The position numbers and the translations under genes are program-made. From an uncultured Methanolobus sp. (GTDB lineage Archaea > Halobacteriota > Methanosarcinia > Methanosarcinales > Methanosarcinaceae), in NCBI GenBank assembly GCA_963675495.1, contig OY776215.1, forward strand, positions 2,464,001-2,528,000: a stretch of DNA of 64,000 nucleotides, written 5' to 3'. Below the pieces are notes generated by a model. That model was not told the origin of the DNA and ran no database searches. It saw only the letters and a program-made list of their open reading frames with translations. This document shows positions 51,507 through 61,887 of the stretch, piece after piece (position 1 is the first letter of the stretch; every line of letters starts with the position of its first letter).

Positions 51507-52187
51507 GTGAAAATTGTCAATGATTTACTTTCCAATCCTGCCAAAAGAAAGACAGTTGAAGCTTTCAGATTAATCCTGCAATTGACCGGGCTGTCAATCT
51601 TTGTTTATTTTGGCAGCCAATCCACAATATACATTATACTTTTAAGTGTACCTCTGGCTTTGCTTTTAGGACCTGTTTATTGTGGTTGGATGTGCCCAAG
51701 AGGACTTTTCCAGGATATTTTTGCGAGCTTGGGGCGGAAAGTCCTTGGCAAAAGATACAATACTGCAGTTCCCAGGAAATTCCATCCCTGGCTGATATAT
51801 TCAAGATATATCCTGATGGTGTTTGTTCTTTTGACTTTGATACTTTCAGAATTTACTTATCTTCCTGAGTCCACAGAAATTCTCGTACTTGAAGGACTGG
51901 TAGCCATAATGATAGTTTCAATACTGCTTTCATTTTTTGTAGACCGTGCAGCATGTAAGTATTTCTGCAAGGAGGGAGCTGCTGCCGGACTGTTGAATCT
52001 TGTCAGTAGGGGGAAGATCAAAAGGGATAATTCCCTGTGTAATTCATGTGGTATTTGTGACAGGATCTGTCCCATGTGGATAGAGATATCAAAAAAGGAT
52101 ACTGTGATAGATCATTCCTGCGTCTGTTGCTTCAAGTGTGTACAGGTTTGCCCGGTAAATGCACTCTCTATCGATGATCGATTTTGA
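51507..52187 (+). CDS. Membrane 4Fe-4S protein (NapH/MauN-like)
   Basis: YCGWMCPRG, CKYFC, CNSCGICDRICP, CVCCFKCVQVCP; several TM helices. Confidence 0.85.
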   Translation: MKIVNDLLSNPAKRKTVEAFRLILQLTGLSIFVYFGSQSTIYIILLSVPLALLLGPVYCGWMCPRGLFQDIFASLGRKVLGKRYNTAVPRKFHPWLIYSRYILMVFVLLTLILSEFTYLPESTEILVLEGLVAIMIVSILLSFFVDRAACKYFCKEGAAAGLLNLVSRGKIKRDNSLCNSCGICDRICPMWIEISKKDTVIDHSCVCCFKCVQVCPVNALSIDDRF

Positions 52188-52541
52188 TTTTTTGGAACTA
52201 TAAGGCAAAACCAAGTAGCAAAAATCGGAATTGTGAAAGCATCAGTGCCGCAATTCATTCTATTGGAATTGCAATTAACTGGCGGAAAAATTGCTATTCT
52301 CTGATTAAATTGTTTTTCAGGGGGAGGAAGCTATAGTAAACGCAAATTAGATGATTGTTTTTGTTACATATTACAAATTTTGGAATGTTTCCCTATTAAA
52401 TAGATCTGTTAATCAGATTAAGAACATGTAATGCTGAACAAGCAAACGTATTATTTCCAGATGTCAACAATTTACTATTTTTTGATTGATGCTTAAGTTC
52501 GGGTAATTTTATAAGATATTTAATCCTTTTATTTCGATACT

Positions 52542-54785
52542 ATGAAAATTGAATCACTGGACCTACCAGGTGAAGTTATCCGTTTCTACCTTGATTCTGG
52601 CATAGAAGAACTCTATCCCCCTCAGGCAGAAGCTATTGAAAAAGGATTACTTGATGGTAACAATCTGCTTGCAGCAATTCCAACGGCTTCCGGGAAGACC
52701 TTACTTGCCGAGCTTGCAATGCTAAAATCTATAGCAAACAGCGGCAAAGCACTTTATATCGTTCCACTGCGGGCTCTTGCAACTGAGAAGTTCGAAAGGT
52801 TCAGGACATTCTCTTGCGTCTCTGTAAAAAATGGAGGAAGCGGTGGAGTAAAGGTTGGTATCTCCACAGGGGATTTTGAAGCCAGGGATGAATGGCTTGG
52901 TTCCAATGACATTATCGTTGCAACATCTGAAAAAACCGATTCTCTATTACGTAATGAAACTTCCTGGATGCAGGAGATAACCACAATTGTTGTAGACGAA
53001 GTCCATTTGCTTGATTCAGCTAACAGGGGTCCAACACTGGAAGTCACTCTTACCAAACTAATGAAACTTAATCCCGGATGCCAGATAATTGCTCTATCGG
53101 CAACCGTTGGAAATGCCTACGAAGTTGCAGACTGGTTAAAGGCCAAACTTGTGCTCAGTGAATGGCGCCCAACCGACCTGCACGAAGGAGTTTATTATGG
53201 TGGTAACATCAATTTCAGGAGTTCACAGAAACGCATTGATGCTCCGACCAAGGATGATGCGGTCAACATACTACTGGACACATTGGAAGATGGCGGACAG
53301 TGCCTTGTCTTTGAAAGCAGCCGTAAGAATTGTGTTTCCTTTGCTAAAAGAGCAGGTGTAAAGGTTTCAGAGACTCTTGACAGACCCACACGCAATTTAC
53401 TGGATGAGCTTGTTGAGCAGATAATCGAAAGTGGCGAGACTGAGGCATCTAATGTGCTGGCACAATGTGTGAGAAATGGAACTGCATTTCACCATGCAGG
53501 ACTTAACTCGGCACATCGTAAAATCGTGGAAGATGGCTTCAAGGCCAACAAGATCAAGATGATATGCAGCACTCCTACCCTTGCGGCAGGCCTGAACCTT
53601 CCGGCAAGAAGAGTAATTGTCAAAAGTTACAGACGCTATGATCCTAACTATGGAATGCAGCCAATACCCGTGCTTGACTATAAACAAATGGCAGGCAGAG
53701 CTGGAAGGCCGCATCTTGATCCTTATGGTGAGTCGGTTCTAATCGCTCGTTCATATGACGAGATGGCAGGGCTTTTTGACAACTATATCGATTCCGATGC
53801 TGAGGACATATGGTCCAAGCTTGGAACAGAGAATGCCCTGAGGACTCATATCCTTTCAACCATCGTGAATGGTTTTGCAACCACAAGGGACGGACTAATG
53901 GAGTTCATTGAGGCTACGTTCTTTGCCCACCAGAATGATACATGGGGTATAGTGGAAGTGGTTGACGAATGTCTTGACTTTTTGAGGGACAAACGGATGC
54001 TTGAAGGTGATGATACTTTATTGCCCACGGTCCTTGGAAGGCTTGTATCTACTCTTTACATCGACCCACTTTCGGGTGCTTACATTGTTGACGGCTTAAA
54101 GAAAGCCGAACATATCACAGACCTTACCCTTCTGCACCTTATCTGCAAGACGCCTGATATGAGGCAGCTTTACATGAGGTCCAATGATTATGAGATAATC
54201 AATGATTTTGTCATAGCTCATAGTGAAGAATTCGCTGAGGTTCCGCCCCGTTCAAAGGAACTTGATTATGAATGGTTCCTGGGTGAGGTAAAAACTGCTC
54301 TTTTGATACTTGATTGGATAGGTGAGAAGTCACTTGACCAGATTACCAAGAAATTCAATGTTGGTGAAGGCGACGTGCATGCGTTTGCAGACATTGCGGA
54401 ATGGCTTATGCATTCTACTACAAGGCTCGCAGGTCTCATTGCTCCTGAGATGACCATAGATGCTGCCAACAAGGCTGTAATGCTGGAAAAGAGAATACAT
54501 TACGGCGCTTCACCTGAACTTATCGAACTTGTTAGTATACGGGGTATTGGACGTGTACGTGCCCGCAAGCTCTATGACAATGGTCTTAAGACTGTGGAAG
54601 ATATACGAAAATCAAACCCAGCTACGGTCTCAGCTCTAATTGGTCAAAAGACAGCAGCAAAGCTGTTTAGTGAGATAGGCATCCACCTGACACTCAGTTC
54701 CGATACATCAGGAAATATGAGTCCAAAGACCATGGGTTCATTAATGGAAAATGAGCAGAGGACTTTCAGCGATTTTGAAAAGTAA
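52542..54785 (+). CDS. hel308: Ski2-like DNA helicase Hel308
   Basis: [40 protein letters not shown]. Confidence 0.93.
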   Translation: MKIESLDLPGEVIRFYLDSGIEELYPPQAEAIEKGLLDGNNLLAAIPTASGKTLLAELAMLKSIANSGKALYIVPLRALATEKFERFRTFSCVSVKNGGSGGVKVGISTGDFEARDEWLGSNDIIVATSEKTDSLLRNETSWMQEITTIVVDEVHLLDSANRGPTLEVTLTKLMKLNPGCQIIALSATVGNAYEVADWLKAKLVLSEWRPTDLHEGVYYGGNINFRSSQKRIDAPTKDDAVNILLDTLEDGGQCLVFESSRKNCVSFAKRAGVKVSETLDRPTRNLLDELVEQIIESGETEASNVLAQCVRNGTAFHHAGLNSAHRKIVEDGFKANKIKMICSTPTLAAGLNLPARRVIVKSYRRYDPNYGMQPIPVLDYKQMAGRAGRPHLDPYGESVLIARSYDEMAGLFDNYIDSDAEDIWSKLGTENALRTHILSTIVNGFATTRDGLMEFIEATFFAHQNDTWGIVEVVDECLDFLRDKRMLEGDDTLLPTVLGRLVSTLYIDPLSGAYIVDGLKKAEHITDLTLLHLICKTPDMRQLYMRSNDYEIINDFVIAHSEEFAEVPPRSKELDYEWFLGEVKTALLILDWIGEKSLDQITKKFNVGEGDVHAFADIAEWLMHSTTRLAGLIAPEMTIDAANKAVMLEKRIHYGASPELIELVSIRGIGRVRARKLYDNGLKTVEDIRKSNPATVSALIGQKTAAKLFSEIGIHLTLSSDTSGNMSPKTMGSLMENEQRTFSDFEK

Positions 54786-54933
54786 ACTTTAATTCTGTTT
54801 ACAGTGTTAGGCTTTAAGCATTATTTAAGCATTATATATATGATGAACAGGTATAAGCATCAGGAAATAATCATAATCATTTACTAATGTCAGTTAAATA
54901 GCAATTTTACATTATCCATTCCGGGGAAATATC

Positions 54934-56211
54934 ATGCTTTACAAGAAACTATCCGAACTTACCGATGAAGAGAAAGGCAAAATAATTGGTCGTGGTGGAG
55001 AACTTGCAGATGTTGGTGCTACGGTTGCCTCTATCATTAAAGATGTAAAGCAGAATGGTGATTCAGCCCTGCGTGAATACACTCAGAAATTTGATGGTGC
55101 CGAAATTGACGCAATCGAAGTCTCAAAGGAAGAGATCGATGGGGCTGCAAAAAGTGTAGATCCTGCTCTTCTGGAGCATCTTGAATTCGCTGCCGGTAAT
55201 ATCAGGAAGTTCCATGAAGCACAGATGCCTCAAAAGATATGGTTCATTGAGCTTTCACCGGGTATTGAACTTGGGCAAAAGATTACGCCACTTGAAAGTA
55301 TAGGTGCATATGTTCCAGGTGGAAGAGCCTCATATCCTTCTACTGCCCTTATGACAATAGTTCCTGCAAAGGTTGCAGGTGTCAAGAATGTTATAATGTG
55401 CACTCCCCCGGGCAAGGACGGAAAGGTCAATCCTCTCACACTTGCGGCAGCAAAGGTGGCTGGCGCAGACCATGTTTATAAGATAGGCGGCGTACAGGCA
55501 GTTGCCGGTATGGCATATGGTACTGAAAGTGTTCTGAAAGTAGACAAGATCGTAGGTCCTGGTAACGTCTTTGTGACTGCGGCAAAAATGCAGGTGAGGG
55601 ATATGGCAGAGATCGATTTCCCTGCTGGCCCAAGTGAAGTTCTTATTATAGCTGATGATTCCTGTAATGCCAGGATGGCAGCATCAGATATGATCGCTCA
55701 GGCGGAGCATGATCCTAATTCTGTGTCTGTTATTGTAACGACTTCTGAAAAGCTTGCAGAGGATGTAAGAAATGAGGTCATTAAGCAGGCTAAGGAAACT
55801 CTCAGGACCGAGATAGTTAACACTTCCCTTGAAAACGCTGCAGTACTGGTGGCTGGTTCCATGGATGAATGTATCGCATTTTCCAATGAGTTTGCCCCAG
55901 AGCACCTTGAAATAATGGTTGAAGATTCTGATGATGTTCTTGAAGATATAGAACATGCAGGCTCTATATTTGTGGGCAACTATTCTCCGGTTCCTGTGGG
56001 AGACTATGCGTCCGGTACCAACCACGTATTACCTACGGCAGGTTATGCAAGGATTTATTCTGGCCTGAATCTTGCTCATTTTATGAAATCTTCAAGTATA
56101 CAAAAAATAAGTAAGCAAGGACTTGAAACATTAAAAGATTCTGTTATTTCAATTGCCGAAAAAGAGGGTCTGAAGGCGCATGCGGATTCTGTTCGGACTA
56201 GATTTGAATAA
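54934..56211 (+). CDS. hisD: Histidinol dehydrogenase
   Basis: [41 protein letters not shown]. Confidence 0.96.
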   Translation: MLYKKLSELTDEEKGKIIGRGGELADVGATVASIIKDVKQNGDSALREYTQKFDGAEIDAIEVSKEEIDGAAKSVDPALLEHLEFAAGNIRKFHEAQMPQKIWFIELSPGIELGQKITPLESIGAYVPGGRASYPSTALMTIVPAKVAGVKNVIMCTPPGKDGKVNPLTLAAAKVAGADHVYKIGGVQAVAGMAYGTESVLKVDKIVGPGNVFVTAAKMQVRDMAEIDFPAGPSEVLIIADDSCNARMAASDMIAQAEHDPNSVSVIVTTSEKLAEDVRNEVIKQAKETLRTEIVNTSLENAAVLVAGSMDECIAFSNEFAPEHLEIMVEDSDDVLEDIEHAGSIFVGNYSPVPVGDYASGTNHVLPTAGYARIYSGLNLAHFMKSSSIQKISKQGLETLKDSVISIAEKEGLKAHADSVRTRFE

Positions 56212-56314
56212 TATACCCTTCTATTTTTTTATACGATAAATCGGTAATTATTTAATAGGTGAGTACATACATTATTTTAATAAGTTCTCTACGAACTGGA
56301 GGTGAGGGAGTCTC

Positions 56315-56713
56315 ATGAAAATAAGAGTTGTAAGTTCGCGAGAAGAAATACCGCAGTTAAATCCGACTGAAAAGGTAATTCATCTTGCTTTCAGGCCATC
56401 GAACAAGGATATTTTTTTACTGGTTCAGACATGTCCAAAAGTGGAAGTCATCCAGATTCCTAGTTCTTACAGGCGCACAGTTTCTAAGTCTATTGAGATG
56501 TTCATGACAATGCAGGACATCAAGCTCGTTGAGGGTGATGTATGGGGTCACAGGAAAGATATTAATGAATACTATAGTATCGCTCCGGCATTACTTGACA
56601 AGATCAAAGAGCTTAAATCAGAAGGCATGTCTGATGAAGACATAGTGAACAAACTGGAACGTGAAGGAAAGTTGAACAGGGAAATGCTGTTCTACATATT
56701 GAGCAAAAAATAA
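56315..56713 (+). CDS. DUF1699 family protein
   Basis: MKIRVVSSREEI, HLAFRPSNKD, GDVWGHRKDINEYY. Confidence 0.85.
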   Translation: MKIRVVSSREEIPQLNPTEKVIHLAFRPSNKDIFLLVQTCPKVEVIQIPSSYRRTVSKSIEMFMTMQDIKLVEGDVWGHRKDINEYYSIAPALLDKIKELKSEGMSDEDIVNKLEREGKLNREMLFYILSKK

Positions 56714-56966
56714 CATTTCATAATTTAAGACGAAGTGCGCTATCGGATGATACGCACTTTATTTGTATTTAGCTAACGTTCACTTTTTGTTTTAGGATTC
56801 GTTTTGATTAGTTTTAGTGTATTAATAGTGTTATTAATATTATACATTTCATATTTTTCTTCGAATTATAAAGTTGCCTTGTTTTCATCATGTCTTCGGG
56901 ACGATGCATATTTATAACTTGGTAAGTTCATTACCATCTAAAAAAGATATACAGGATTTCATTAAC

Positions 56967-57734
56967 ATGGCCCAGAAATATGGTAAAGTCTATTTGGTTG
57001 GTTCAGGCCCGGGTGATCCGGAACTATTAACGCTCAAAGCACGCAGGCTTCTTGATACTGCTGAAGTTGTTGTATATGACCAGCTTCCTGGTAAAGCTAT
57101 AATCGATTCTATATCTGCCAACGCTGAAAAGATAGATGCAGGTAAACATGCAGGAGAGCATACGCTCACTCAGGATGAGATTAACGCTGTAATTATCCGT
57201 AAAGCAAAGGAAGGAAAAGATGTAGTTCGTCTCAAAGGTGGTGACCCCTACATGTTCGGTCGTGGAGGGGAGGAAGCTCAGGAACTTATTGCTGAGGGTA
57301 TTGGATTTGAGGTTGTACCTGGCATAACATCAGCTGTTTCTGCTCCTGCTTATGCAGGCATACCTGTTACTCACAGAGACCATGCTTCTATGGTCACTTT
57401 CATTACAGGACATGAGGATCCTACCAAAGAGGAAAGTGCTCTTGATTGGGAAACACTTGCAAAATTCGATGGAACTATTGTCATTTTCATGGGTGTGAAA
57501 ATGCTTGGCAGAAATGTCGGTGAACTTATGAAATACGGCAAGGATCCTAAGACTCCTGTTGCTCTTATAGAAAGAGGTACAAGACCTGATCAGCGCGTGA
57601 CTACAGGTGTTCTTGATAATATTGCTGAGATTGCAAAAGAAAGAGGTGTAAAAGCACCTGCTATCACAGTGGTAGGAAGTGTTGTTACACTTCACGATAT
57701 ACTTGGTGAGCAGACTTCAGGCAGCTTAGAATAG
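56967..57734 (+). CDS. cobA: Uroporphyrinogen-III C-methyltransferase
   Basis: GSGPGDPELLT, RLKGGDP..FGRGGEE, VPGITS; ends in TAG. Confidence 0.95.
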   Translation: MAQKYGKVYLVGSGPGDPELLTLKARRLLDTAEVVVYDQLPGKAIIDSISANAEKIDAGKHAGEHTLTQDEINAVIIRKAKEGKDVVRLKGGDPYMFGRGGEEAQELIAEGIGFEVVPGITSAVSAPAYAGIPVTHRDHASMVTFITGHEDPTKEESALDWETLAKFDGTIVIFMGVKMLGRNVGELMKYGKDPKTPVALIERGTRPDQRVTTGVLDNIAEIAKERGVKAPAITVVGSVVTLHDILGEQTSGSLE

Positions 57735-57746
57735 AAGGTATTTCCT

Positions 57747-58544
57747 ATGGCAGAACAACTCAAAAGGCCGGTATTGGCAATAATGAGGCCGCAGCGCTAT
57801 CTGGAAGAGTCTGCTAAGCTCGCAGATTCCATGGGTTTTGAACCACTGGCAGTTCCTATGATAGAATTGGCCGATATGAAGGATGAATACTTCGATGGTT
57901 TCGTTGAAAGAGTTCTTTCTGGTGTTTCAGATTATGTTATCATTACCAGTGCTAATGGTATTGATTTCACTCTTGGGAAAATCCCTTTAAGTGACCAGGA
58001 TAAGTTCATTGAGGCACTAAATGCTACTAAGGTCATAGCCATCGGTCCAACTACCCGTAAGTCACTGGAGGATCTGGGTATAAATGTAATTGGAATGCCT
58101 GGTGTTTACAGTTCTGAAGGGCTGGTGGAATTCCTCTGTCCTGATATAAATGGGAAAGTTATTGATACAGCAAGAAGTTTCTATGGTTCTTCCCTTCTCA
58201 TAGAAGGTCTGAAGAAATGCGACGCTGAAGTGCATGAGACCAAAGTATACACGCTCGCCAAACCTCAAGGTACTGAGCAGGATGATTTTATACGCAGGGT
58301 TCTTGATGGTGATGTCGACGTATTCGCGTTCACAAGTTCTATGATGGTGCGCAATTTCTTTGAGGATGCTGTAAGCCAGGCTACAAAAGAAGAAGTTATT
58401 GGTATTATGAATAATTCCATTGTTGCGGCTATAGGTATACCCACAGCACAAACAATTGAAAGTTATGGGGTGAAGGTTTCAGTTACTCCTGGTAAATTCA
58501 CATTTGAAGATATTCTTAAGAAAGTTCTGGAACTGCTTGATTAA
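57747..58544 (+). CDS. hemD: Uroporphyrinogen-III synthase
   Basis: TSANG, AIGPTT, FTSS..V, AIG.PTA. Confidence 0.9.
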   Translation: MAEQLKRPVLAIMRPQRYLEESAKLADSMGFEPLAVPMIELADMKDEYFDGFVERVLSGVSDYVIITSANGIDFTLGKIPLSDQDKFIEALNATKVIAIGPTTRKSLEDLGINVIGMPGVYSSEGLVEFLCPDINGKVIDTARSFYGSSLLIEGLKKCDAEVHETKVYTLAKPQGTEQDDFIRRVLDGDVDVFAFTSSMMVRNFFEDAVSQATKEEVIGIMNNSIVAAIGIPTAQTIESYGVKVSVTPGKFTFEDILKKVLELLD

Positions 58545-58664
58545 GTATTTCCTGAACAATCCTTTTTTTGTTTCATCTACCATAGGTGTAATATAGGATG
58601 ATGGTATAGAGTTCGCACGTATTAGAACGATCTTCTTTTATTCTTCTATTTCGGAGTCCTGATC

Positions 58665-59867
58665 ATGATAGGTATTTCAAAACTTTATTGCAGAACCGTC
58701 GAACCCTCGGATGCGCTTCGCTATGGGCGCGACTCTAAAAAACTTCCATCTCATTTGCTTCAATTCTCAAAGGATAAGAAACCAGTTGTAGTATGGAATG
58801 TTACTCAGCGATGCAATCTTCGTTGCGTTCATTGCTATGCACATTCTAAAAATATTGATTACAAAAATGAGCTTAGCACTGAAGAAGGTAAAGCTCTCAT
58901 AGACGACCTTGCTGAGTTTGGTTGTCCTGTAATATTGTTCTCAGGAGGTGAACCTCTTATGAGGAAAGACCTTCCTGAACTGGCAGAATATGCAACCTCT
59001 AAGGGAATACGTGCAGTAGTATCTACCAACGGAACACTGATCACAGAAGATATGGCCCGTACCCTCAAGAAGATAGGGCTTTCTTATGTAGGCATATCTC
59101 TGGATGGAATGCGCGAAACCAATGATAGTTTCCGTGGGATAGAAGGTTCTTTTGACAAGGCAATGCAGGGTCTCCATAACTGTCAGAAAGAAGGTATAAA
59201 AGTAGGCTTGCGATTTACTATCAATCGTCATAATGTTCATGATATTCCGGCAATATTTGACCTGATGGAGCGGGAGAATATCCCTCGTATATGTTTCTAT
59301 CATCTTGTTTATTCAGGCCGTGGTTCGGAAATGATAAATGAGGACCTCTCCCTTGAGGAAAGTCGTAAGACTGTGGATATGTTGATAGATAAGACAAGGG
59401 ATCTCCACAGCAAAGGTAAAATGGTAGAGGTATTGACAGTTGATAATCACTGTGATGGTCCGTACATTTACCTGCGTCTTCTGAAAGAGGATCCGGAAAG
59501 AGCTGCAGAGGTTCTGGAGCTTCTGAACATGAACCGGGGCAATTCAACAGGAATTGGGTTTGGCTGTGTTTCATGGGATGGTTCAGTTCACCCTGATCAG
59601 TTCTGGAGGCATTACTCCTTTGGGAATGTCAGGGACCGTAAGTTCAGTGAAATATGGAGGGATACCAATGACGAACTTATGGCAGGGCTCAAGGACCGTA
59701 AACCTTTGATAAAGGAAAATGCTGACAGGTGTGCTGTATGCAAGTGGTTTGATGTATGCAATGGTAATTTCCGCGTACGTGCCGAGTCTGTTTATGGCAA
59801 TATTTGGGCAGATGATCCTGCATGTTACCTGAGTAATGAAGAGATTGGTTACGACGATTCCCGGTGA
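58665..59867 (+). CDS. ahbC: 12,18-didecarboxysiroheme deacetylase (radical SAM/SPASM, NirJ1-type)
   Basis: MIGISKLY..ALRYGR, CNLRCVHC, LTVDNHCDG, CNGNFRVRA, DPACY. Confidence 0.88.
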   Translation: MIGISKLYCRTVEPSDALRYGRDSKKLPSHLLQFSKDKKPVVVWNVTQRCNLRCVHCYAHSKNIDYKNELSTEEGKALIDDLAEFGCPVILFSGGEPLMRKDLPELAEYATSKGIRAVVSTNGTLITEDMARTLKKIGLSYVGISLDGMRETNDSFRGIEGSFDKAMQGLHNCQKEGIKVGLRFTINRHNVHDIPAIFDLMERENIPRICFYHLVYSGRGSEMINEDLSLEESRKTVDMLIDKTRDLHSKGKMVEVLTVDNHCDGPYIYLRLLKEDPERAAEVLELLNMNRGNSTGIGFGCVSWDGSVHPDQFWRHYSFGNVRDRKFSEIWRDTNDELMAGLKDRKPLIKENADRCAVCKWFDVCNGNFRVRAESVYGNIWADDPACYLSNEEIGYDDSR

Positions 59868-59878
59868 CCATTCTTTTT

Positions 59879-59980
59879 TTAATTGTGCATGTTGGGGATT
59901 ACGTAATCCACTAGTATATACGCCATGATCAACATAATTATGGCAAGGAATGTAAATTTAAATATAAGCTTTACAAGCAT
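59879..59980 (-). CDS. Small single-pass membrane peptide (33 aa), not in the ORF track
   Basis: MLVKLIFKFTFLAIIMLIMAYILVDYVIPNMHN*, preceded by GAGGTGA-cagt-ATG. Confidence 0.55.
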   Translation of the reverse strand: MLVKLIFKFTFLAIIMLIMAYILVDYVIPNMHN

Positions 59981-60099
59981 ACTGTCACCTCTTAACTTTC
60001 ATATCTTCGAAAGACACTTCCACATAATGGTGGGGATGAACAGGTATAAAAAAGATGTGGCAACTGATGCCACAAATTACATATTTTTTATTGATACGT

Positions 60100-60450
60100 T
60101 CAGACTTCTACGCAGTTTTGCCAGACTCCGTGAACATTACAGTATTCAAGAGCACAGAATGCTTTGAAATTATCGATGTTGTTCACGTGGAAGGTTGCAA
60201 CCGGGTCGGTGTGGACTGGCTCAAAGGTCATTTTTCCGAAGTTAATTGTTTTCCCTTCTTTTGTAATGCCGTAGAGTTCTACCCATTCTATGTGATGCTC
60301 TACTGTGTTAGGGTGTGGAACTTCCTTTCCAACGACCACGCGTACAAAGTCAGCTTTTGTCTGTCCATGTCCTCTGATCATCTCTATTTCAGGAACATGT
60401 TTCTCTTTACCTTCAACTTCCTTTCCTTTTAGTATTTCCCCGAATTCCAT
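60100..60450 (-). CDS. Superoxide reductase (neelaredoxin/desulfoferrodoxin Fe centre II)
   Basis: EKHVP, HPNTVEHHIEW, YCNVHGVW. Confidence 0.92.
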   Translation of the reverse strand: MEFGEILKGKEVEGKEKHVPEIEMIRGHGQTKADFVRVVVGKEVPHPNTVEHHIEWVELYGITKEGKTINFGKMTFEPVHTDPVATFHVNNIDNFKAFCALEYCNVHGVWQNCVEV

Positions 60451-60489
60451 ATTTTCACCTTTTGTATATTGCATAATTATTGTTCACTC

Positions 60490-60996
60490 TTATTCAGCAG
60501 ATGGATTGAACGCTCTTGCTTCAAGTTCCTTGTCGATCATGAAAAGGCCATTTCCATCTTTGCCTACGAGCTTGAGCTTTGCTATCATTTCATTGTCATT
60601 TGCTTCTTCCTCTATTTGTTCAGTGACGAACCATTGGAGGAATATCTGGGTTGCATAATCCTTTTCCTTATTTGCAAGGTCTACAAGTCCATGTATTGAC
60701 TTTGTAATGAATTGTTCATGCTTCAATGTTGCCTCAAACATCTCTAATGGAGTTCCAAAAGTGCCAGGTGGTTTTTCGATAGCATCAAGAACTATTTTTT
60801 CACCCTGGTCATTAACGTAGTCATATATTTTCATGGCATGACTCATCTCTTCATGGTACTGGACCATGAACCAGTTGGCAAAACCATTAAGTCCTACGTA
60901 GGTACAGTGTGCTGACATGTCCATGTAAAGAAATGCAGAGTACATCTCCTTATTGATCTGCTCGTTAAGGGCTTTTGTCATCTTTTCACTTATCAT
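60490..60996 (-). CDS. Non-heme ferritin
   Basis: NEQINKEMYSA..Y, EEMSHA, HEQ.IT, FLQWFVTEQIEEE. Confidence 0.94.
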   Translation of the reverse strand: MISEKMTKALNEQINKEMYSAFLYMDMSAHCTYVGLNGFANWFMVQYHEEMSHAMKIYDYVNDQGEKIVLDAIEKPPGTFGTPLEMFEATLKHEQFITKSIHGLVDLANKEKDYATQIFLQWFVTEQIEEEANDNEMIAKLKLVGKDGNGLFMIDKELEARAFNPSAE

Positions 60997-61026
60997 TTCT
61001 TATCTCCAATGTTTAATCTTCGATAA

Positions 61027-61377
61027 TCAGAATACTACTATCTCATAGCCTTCATCAATATATCGTGCCATGCTAGGATGTCCAAACATTTCATCGCACA
61101 ATGTGAGATTCTGTTGCTTTACGCTTTCAAGGCTCTCCATTTTTGCTGCACAAGCTCTGCATACACAGTCTATCAACCCTGCTTCCTTTGCTTTTATATA
61201 AAGGTTTGAAAAAGGTTTTTTTTCGTCTTCCGCCTCTTTAATGAGACGTGTTGCAGGACCTTCTATTATCATCTTGACGTCATAGCCTTTCTCTTTCATA
61301 TCAAGTGTATTCATCAAAGCATGGATGAAACACAGTTCCTCTCCGTTAAATACAAAAAGAGCTATCTTTCTGGACAT
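61027..61377 (-). CDS. DsrE-like protein
   Basis: CFIHAL, IIEGPAT, CVCRACA, GHPSM..Y..EGY. Confidence 0.75.
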   Translation of the reverse strand: MSRKIALFVFNGEELCFIHALMNTLDMKEKGYDVKMIIEGPATRLIKEAEDEKKPFSNLYIKAKEAGLIDCVCRACAAKMESLESVKQQNLTLCDEMFGHPSMARYIDEGYEIVVF

Positions 61378-61887
61378 AAGACCACCTTATCTGACATTTA
61401 TTTGCCTCCGCTTCCCCTTTCTAAAAAGGTATAGATTTCTATAAAGTGTTTTCGGTTTCCTGCCATTTTTATTCAGAATGCGGAGGTACTGTGTTCTGAT
61501 TATTTTATTTAACAGAGAACAAAATAGTAAACTTGATATACTAAATTCTCTTCACATGACGTGGCTTGTCTTCTGCACGCAGCTGGTCAAAGAATAGGGC
61601 ATATGTTCCAGACGGTATCATCACCCATTCGTCAGGGAAATGTTTGCTTTCGATCGTACACCAATGACCTTTTGTCCAGTCGGGATTTTCTGCAAGATAT
61701 CTTTGTTGTGCAGGGGCAAACCTCTTTTGAAAACATGCGTTATTTACGTTTTTTATTTTATGTTTCTTATCCTTTCTAAACGTTTGAGCATCTTCGTTTC
61801 TAACCAGATAATTTAAATAATCTAACACCACTTAGGATAAAAAACACAATCAATACATTAATTGATTATACTTATCGGAGAGTCACA

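Noticed and set aside
59897-59910. Perfect palindrome GGATTACGTAATCC
   Set aside because: Lies inside the 33-aa ORF between convergent genes; the partial similarity to the hairpin before gltX (20280-20303) is too short to support a shared motif.
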